Origin: Octopus sinensis
Taxonomy: Eukaryota
DNA: 13,091 bases
NCBI RefSeq assembly: GCF_006345805.1
Contig: NW_021826318.1
Location: 1-13,091, forward strand
Direction of reading: 5' to 3'
The translations under genes were made by a program, and so were the position numbers. This document shows positions 9,427 through 13,091 of the stretch, in pieces (within the stretch, counting starts at the first letter, position 1; each line of letters opens with the position of its first letter). A model generated the notes under the pieces. That model was not told the origin of the DNA, ran no database searches, and saw nothing but the letters and a program-made list of their open reading frames with translations.

Positions 9427-9825
9427 CGAGATGCTTGACCAAAGGGAAAGTATCTGTCTTTAGCCCTTTCAAACGGGTCCACCATACTACCTCTTTCGCT
9501 ACAGCCACTAGACAAATAAAAATTACTGGTCCCTCCCGACCAAAAGAGGGCGGTGGGGCAATCTTCAGCTGATAGCCGGATTCAGCTGATAGCCAGATCC
9601 GTCCTACACGCGACAGCAGGTGTTCGACATAAACCCACATGTTAGCAATACTCGGGCACTGGACTAGGGCGTGCAGAACGGTTTCATCGTTCAGGGCTCA
9701 CTTCGAGCAGGCCCGGCTGATGGCATTTCCGTGCCTGTAAAGTTTATCCCAAACAGGCAGCGCCCCTCGGTAGCACTGCCAGGCAAGGGATTTCTGGAAG
9801 TTATCCCGAAAGTTCTCCGAAATAG
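9427..9825 (-). pseudogene. L1/Tx1-type LINE ORF2 C-terminal fragment (zf-RVT zinc-binding region)
   Basis: ORFs 9698..10000 and 9332..9640 share a frame. Reading through the TGA at 9700-9698 gives DNFQKSLAWQCYRGALPVWDKLYRHGNAISRACSK*ALNDETVLHALVQCPSIANMWVYVEHLL...LVAVAKEVVWWTR. This fits W-x5-LP...C-x2-C...ET-x2-H-x4-C...W and the AK-x3-W-x2-R motif of L1/Tx1 ORF2. Confidence 0.85.
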
Positions 9826-9826
9826 T

Positions 9827-9850
9827 AACAACAGCAGCATCAGCAACAAG

Positions 9851-9902
<52 letters not shown>

Positions 9903-9910
9903 GCAACATC

Positions 9911-9950
<40 letters not shown>
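9827..9950. repeat. (AAC)n microsatellite
   Basis: Read directly. It lies between the LINE fragment and the ~570 bp element. Confidence 0.95.
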
Positions 9951-9951
<1 letters not shown>

Positions 9952-10520
9952 ATGCTTTGATGCAGTACCAGGTAGAGGCTCTCATGGCTTCAGATTTCAA
10001 CTGATTGGAAGTGTTATCATGTATATTGTTTTGTCTTGGTATAAAAAATAGGCTACAGCAAATATTCTGCTCAATACCACAGATTTGCTTGTCAGTTGTT
10101 TGACCTTATCCAGTTGAGCATGTCCCTTAGTGGCTGACGATATGTGCATCTCTGATCACGAGCAGAAGTAGTGGAGGAACATCATAGCCATGTGTTGGGA
10201 GGAATTCTTTGGGGTTTGAATAATTCACCCCTAGAAACATGGGTGTTTTTCCTTCAACATCCTTAAACAATCCTTATTCAAGGACCATTTGAGCGGGATG
10301 AGTTACTCGACCAGAAGAAAATTCTAACTGGGCCCCACCTGCAAGGTCATGTGCTGTTTATATTGATATGAGATCACCATGTCGCGCACGTGTGGTTGTG
10401 CTGCATGTGCCTGGTGTACCCTTATCAGACAGGTGTACCCTTATCAGATGGGTAGTCGTGATGGGCTTCGTATATTTTACTCCAGTGTCACTTTGATGAT
10501 ATGCACTGCACTCTTATCCA
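9952..10520 (+). mobile_element. Copy 2 (colinear, apparently complete) of the ~570 bp non-coding retro-like element
   Basis: Homologous to both parts of 202-652. Flanked by (AAC)n on the 5' side and (AAT)n on the 3' side. No credible ORF. Confidence 0.85.
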
Positions 10521-10559
10521 ATAATAATAATAATAATAATGATGATGATGATGATGATG

Positions 10560-10609
<50 letters not shown>

Positions 10610-10740
10610 GAAGAAGAAGAAGAAGGTGCTGGAGGAGGAGAAGGAGCAAAAGTGAAAGGAGTAAGTGTAGCATATGAGGGCTGATGAAGATGAGGAAAGA
10701 AGCGATATAGATGAAGGAGTAGGATGAATAGCAGGAAGGA

Positions 10741-10803
<63 letters not shown>
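10520..10803. repeat. Compound trinucleotide repeats (AAT)n(GAT)n(AAT)n(AAG)n, purine-rich linker, then (TTA)n
   Basis: Read directly. Confidence 0.93.
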
Positions 10804-10804
<1 letters not shown>

Positions 10805-11012
10805 GAGCAGGCAGAATCGTTACTGCGTCAGTCAAAATGCTTAGCAGCATTTCGTCCGACATTATGTCCTGAGTTCAAATTCCACCGAAGTCGACTTTGC
10901 CTTTCATTCTTTCGGGGATGATAAAAATAAGTGCCAGCTGGACACTGGGGGCCAATGTAATAGACTTGCACCCTCCCTCGAAATTGCTGGCCTTGTGCCA
11001 AAATTTGCATCT
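10804..11012 (+). mobile_element. tRNA-derived SINE, near full length (octopus-type)
   Basis: A-box-like AGGCAGAATCG, B box GTTCAAATTC at 10873-10882, a body shared with 99-177 and 4620-4935, and (TTA)-type flanks. Confidence 0.8.
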
Positions 11013-11019
11013 ATTATCA

Positions 11020-11280
11020 TTATTTATTCCTTATACCTCAGGTTTTGCCGTAACTCCTGAAGTCCTGCATGTGTAGCGGGCTTGCTGCCTGCAGCCTACG
11101 GTACCATGCTATCTGTTAATTTTAGCTATCTAATACTTTCCTGATTGTTCTTGTCGGGCCAAGGAGGCACCTTTTTAAACAGTTGTACTGGACACTCTAT
11201 TCTGATTTCCTTTATATTCCTCTTGATGCTTTCTGATGCTATCCCCAAGGACTCAACGATAATTTGCACTATCTACACAT
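11020..11280 (-). mobile_element. 3' end fragment of an R4/Dong-type (restriction-like endonuclease) LINE
   Basis: The minus strand from 11272 translates IVQIIVESLGIASESIKRNIKEIRIECPVQLFKK, then after a frameshift CLLGPTRTIRKVLDS* (stop 11124-11122). This matches the R4/Dong C-terminal pattern V-P-I-V-I-G-A-L-G...LQK..LLGTARILRKVL. A ~100 nt 3' UTR follows, and (TAA)-type repeats, the known Dong target, lie on both sides. Confidence 0.75.
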
Positions 11281-11286
11281 TTATTA

Positions 11287-11356
<70 letters not shown>

Positions 11357-11466
11357 CATCATCATCATCATCATCATTATTATTATTATTGTAAGCAGCA
11401 GAAGCAGCAACAGCAGCAGCAGCAGCAGTTGAAGTAGTAGTAGTAAGAAGAAATAGTATTAGTAGC

Positions 11467-11507
<41 letters not shown>

Positions 11508-11580
11508 AAGAAGAAGAAGAAGAAGAAGAAGAAGAAGAAGAAAAGAAGAAGAAGAAGAGAAGAAGAAAACGATGATGATG
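11281..11580. repeat. Compound trinucleotide array (TTA)(TCA)(TTA)(GCA)(GTA)(GAA)(GAT)
   Basis: Read directly. Confidence 0.95.
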
Positions 11581-11775
11581 AAAAACAAGGAAAAGGAGTT
11601 TCTTGAGCAAATACACAAAAGAAGATAAAGTTATAAAGAAAATTCATAAAAAAATATATAAACTCTATATTTGATCGAAATATAAGGCATTGAAGAAAAT
11701 ATAGGTTTGAAAATAATCGATAAAAATGAGTAAAAATAGACGGAATACAATGGAAATGTATGTCCAATAGAACCA

Positions 11776-12240
11776 TATATGTGTGTGTGTGTATGTGTGT
11801 GTGTATGTGTGTGTGTGTGTACATAAATATATTTATGGGTGTATGCAACTATATATACGTATATATACGTATACACACACAAACACAGACACACAAACCC
11901 ATACGTATATATACACACGTTTATACATACCGATATTTTCACATGCATACTCATAGATATATATGTGTGTGTGGTGGTATGTGTGTGAGTGTGTGTGTGC
12001 GTGTATGGGTGTGTTTGTGTGTGTACACATATGTTGAGACTGAAATTTGGGTTTTAGTCTCCGTTTTAATTTGCACGCGTGTATGCACGAACGTATGTAT
12101 TCATGCATGCATGTATTTAGCATGTATATATACATATGTGTGTGTTTGATTGTGCAAATATGTATTTATACATACGTATATTCGTATGTAGGCATATATA
12201 CTTATATACATACATATGTGTGTGTGTGTGTGGGTACATA
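11776..12240. repeat. Degenerate (TG)/(CA)/(TA) microsatellite field
   Basis: Read directly. Confidence 0.9.
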
Positions 12241-12693
12241 TTTATATTTATATTTTGCACCACTTTCATTTCGACCTCTGATGTAGTAAATTAGCACAAG
12301 AGTCAAAGACGACCTCTGATCCCGGGAGAGAAAGTATACTAAATAGTGAAATTCTACAAAATCTGTATTCTGTATTCTGTATTGAGTGCAGTGTATAAAA
12401 ACTAAGCAGTCTGACTAAACCAATATGAGTGAAGTAAATCAAAATATAAGATTGATATTCTTATACAAAATTTTCCTGTATAGGGAAGACCTTGAAAAAG
12501 TTATATAAGAATGTAAGGTTTTGGATCGGAATTTTTGCTTTAATTGATTTAATAGAAATCGATTAGGTGCGGAGAACTATCACATCTAAGGACACTAAAA
12601 CGTTTATACACGAGAAACATATGTTGGAACTTTTCTACGCTGGGGAAATTTTAATAAAGATGTACATTTCTCGAATTCCTTATCATGTTTTTC

Positions 12694-12723
12694 CACACAC
12701 ACACACGCACACATATATATATG

Positions 12724-12795
<72 letters not shown>

Positions 12796-12814
12796 CAAAT
12801 AATATATTATATAC

Positions 12815-12858
<44 letters not shown>

Positions 12859-12890
12859 TATATATATATATATATTATATATATATATAT
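12694..12890. repeat. (CA)n/(TA)n microsatellite
   Basis: Read directly. Confidence 0.95.
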
Positions 12891-13091
12891 AATATAAACG
12901 GCAGTTTGTCTGTCTGTGTGTCTGTGTGTCTGTCAGGTTGTACCCTCACCCTGACCACGGCTTTCAACCGATTCTGATGAAACTTGACACACACATAGCC
13001 CAATGTCATAATTCAAAACTAGCGCAGTGAAAACTTGAAAAGTTCCCCCAGTTCTGAAAAAAATCGATAAATTCGACATGGGTCTAGAATC
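12885..13091 (+). mobile_element. Probable 5' end of a non-autonomous Helitron/Helentron-associated element, truncated by the window edge
   Basis: TATAATATAAA...GTTTGTCTGTCTGTG short tandem tract, then ACGGCT...ACCGATT..GATGAAACTTG. This layout is typical of invertebrate Lep1/DINE-1-like elements. The 3' hairpin is not visible in the window. Confidence 0.5.

Noticed and set aside
9698-9700. In-frame TGA at the second Cys of the zf-RVT CxxC as possible selenocysteine
   Set aside because: A single TGY-to-TGA mutation in a truncated dead fragment is the simpler explanation, and no SECIS was identified.
10134-10170. CTGACGA as a hammerhead core in the ~570 bp element
   Set aside because: No properly placed stem II plus GAAA and no stem I/III pairing could be drawn.
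9671-12977. Poly-N, -L, -V, -Y, -I and (IY)n/(CV)n/(HT)n ORFs here and elsewhere in the window
   Set aside because: These are translations of microsatellites.
12974-12985. CTGATGAAAC as a hammerhead core
   Set aside because: There is no stem II between the core motifs, and it is part of the Helitron-like motif.
1-13091. CRISPR array or other prokaryotic system
   Set aside because: No regularly spaced repeat-spacer units and no operon-like gene density. The sequence is clearly eukaryotic repeat-rich DNA.

Overview
AT-rich, microsatellite-dense eukaryotic non-coding DNA. The repeat families suggest an octopus or other cephalopod genome (inference from recalled repeat sequences, not a database search). 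No host protein-coding exon can be supported, and almost all ORFs in the supplied track are microsatellite or low-complexity artefacts. The window is a mosaic of mobile-element relics: (1) a ~1.57 kb minus-strand Penelope-like unit (~1146-2718) between two (TA)n tracts, carrying a Zn-knuckle plus GIY-YIG endonuclease reading frame with no reverse transcriptase, a long G-poor spacer and a minimal type I hammerhead ribozyme; (2) two copies of a ~570 bp non-coding retro-like element, one with a twin-priming-type 5' inversion; (3) three tRNA-like SINE copies, one interrupted by a 140 bp insertion with terminal inverted repeats and no target duplication; (4) decayed C-terminal fragments of RTE, L1/Tx1 (zf-RVT) and R4/Dong LINEs; (5) a diverged ~170-190 bp direct-repeat pair; (6) a probable Helitron-type element at the right edge. 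The most interesting item is the apparently RT-less GIY-YIG plus hammerhead unit.
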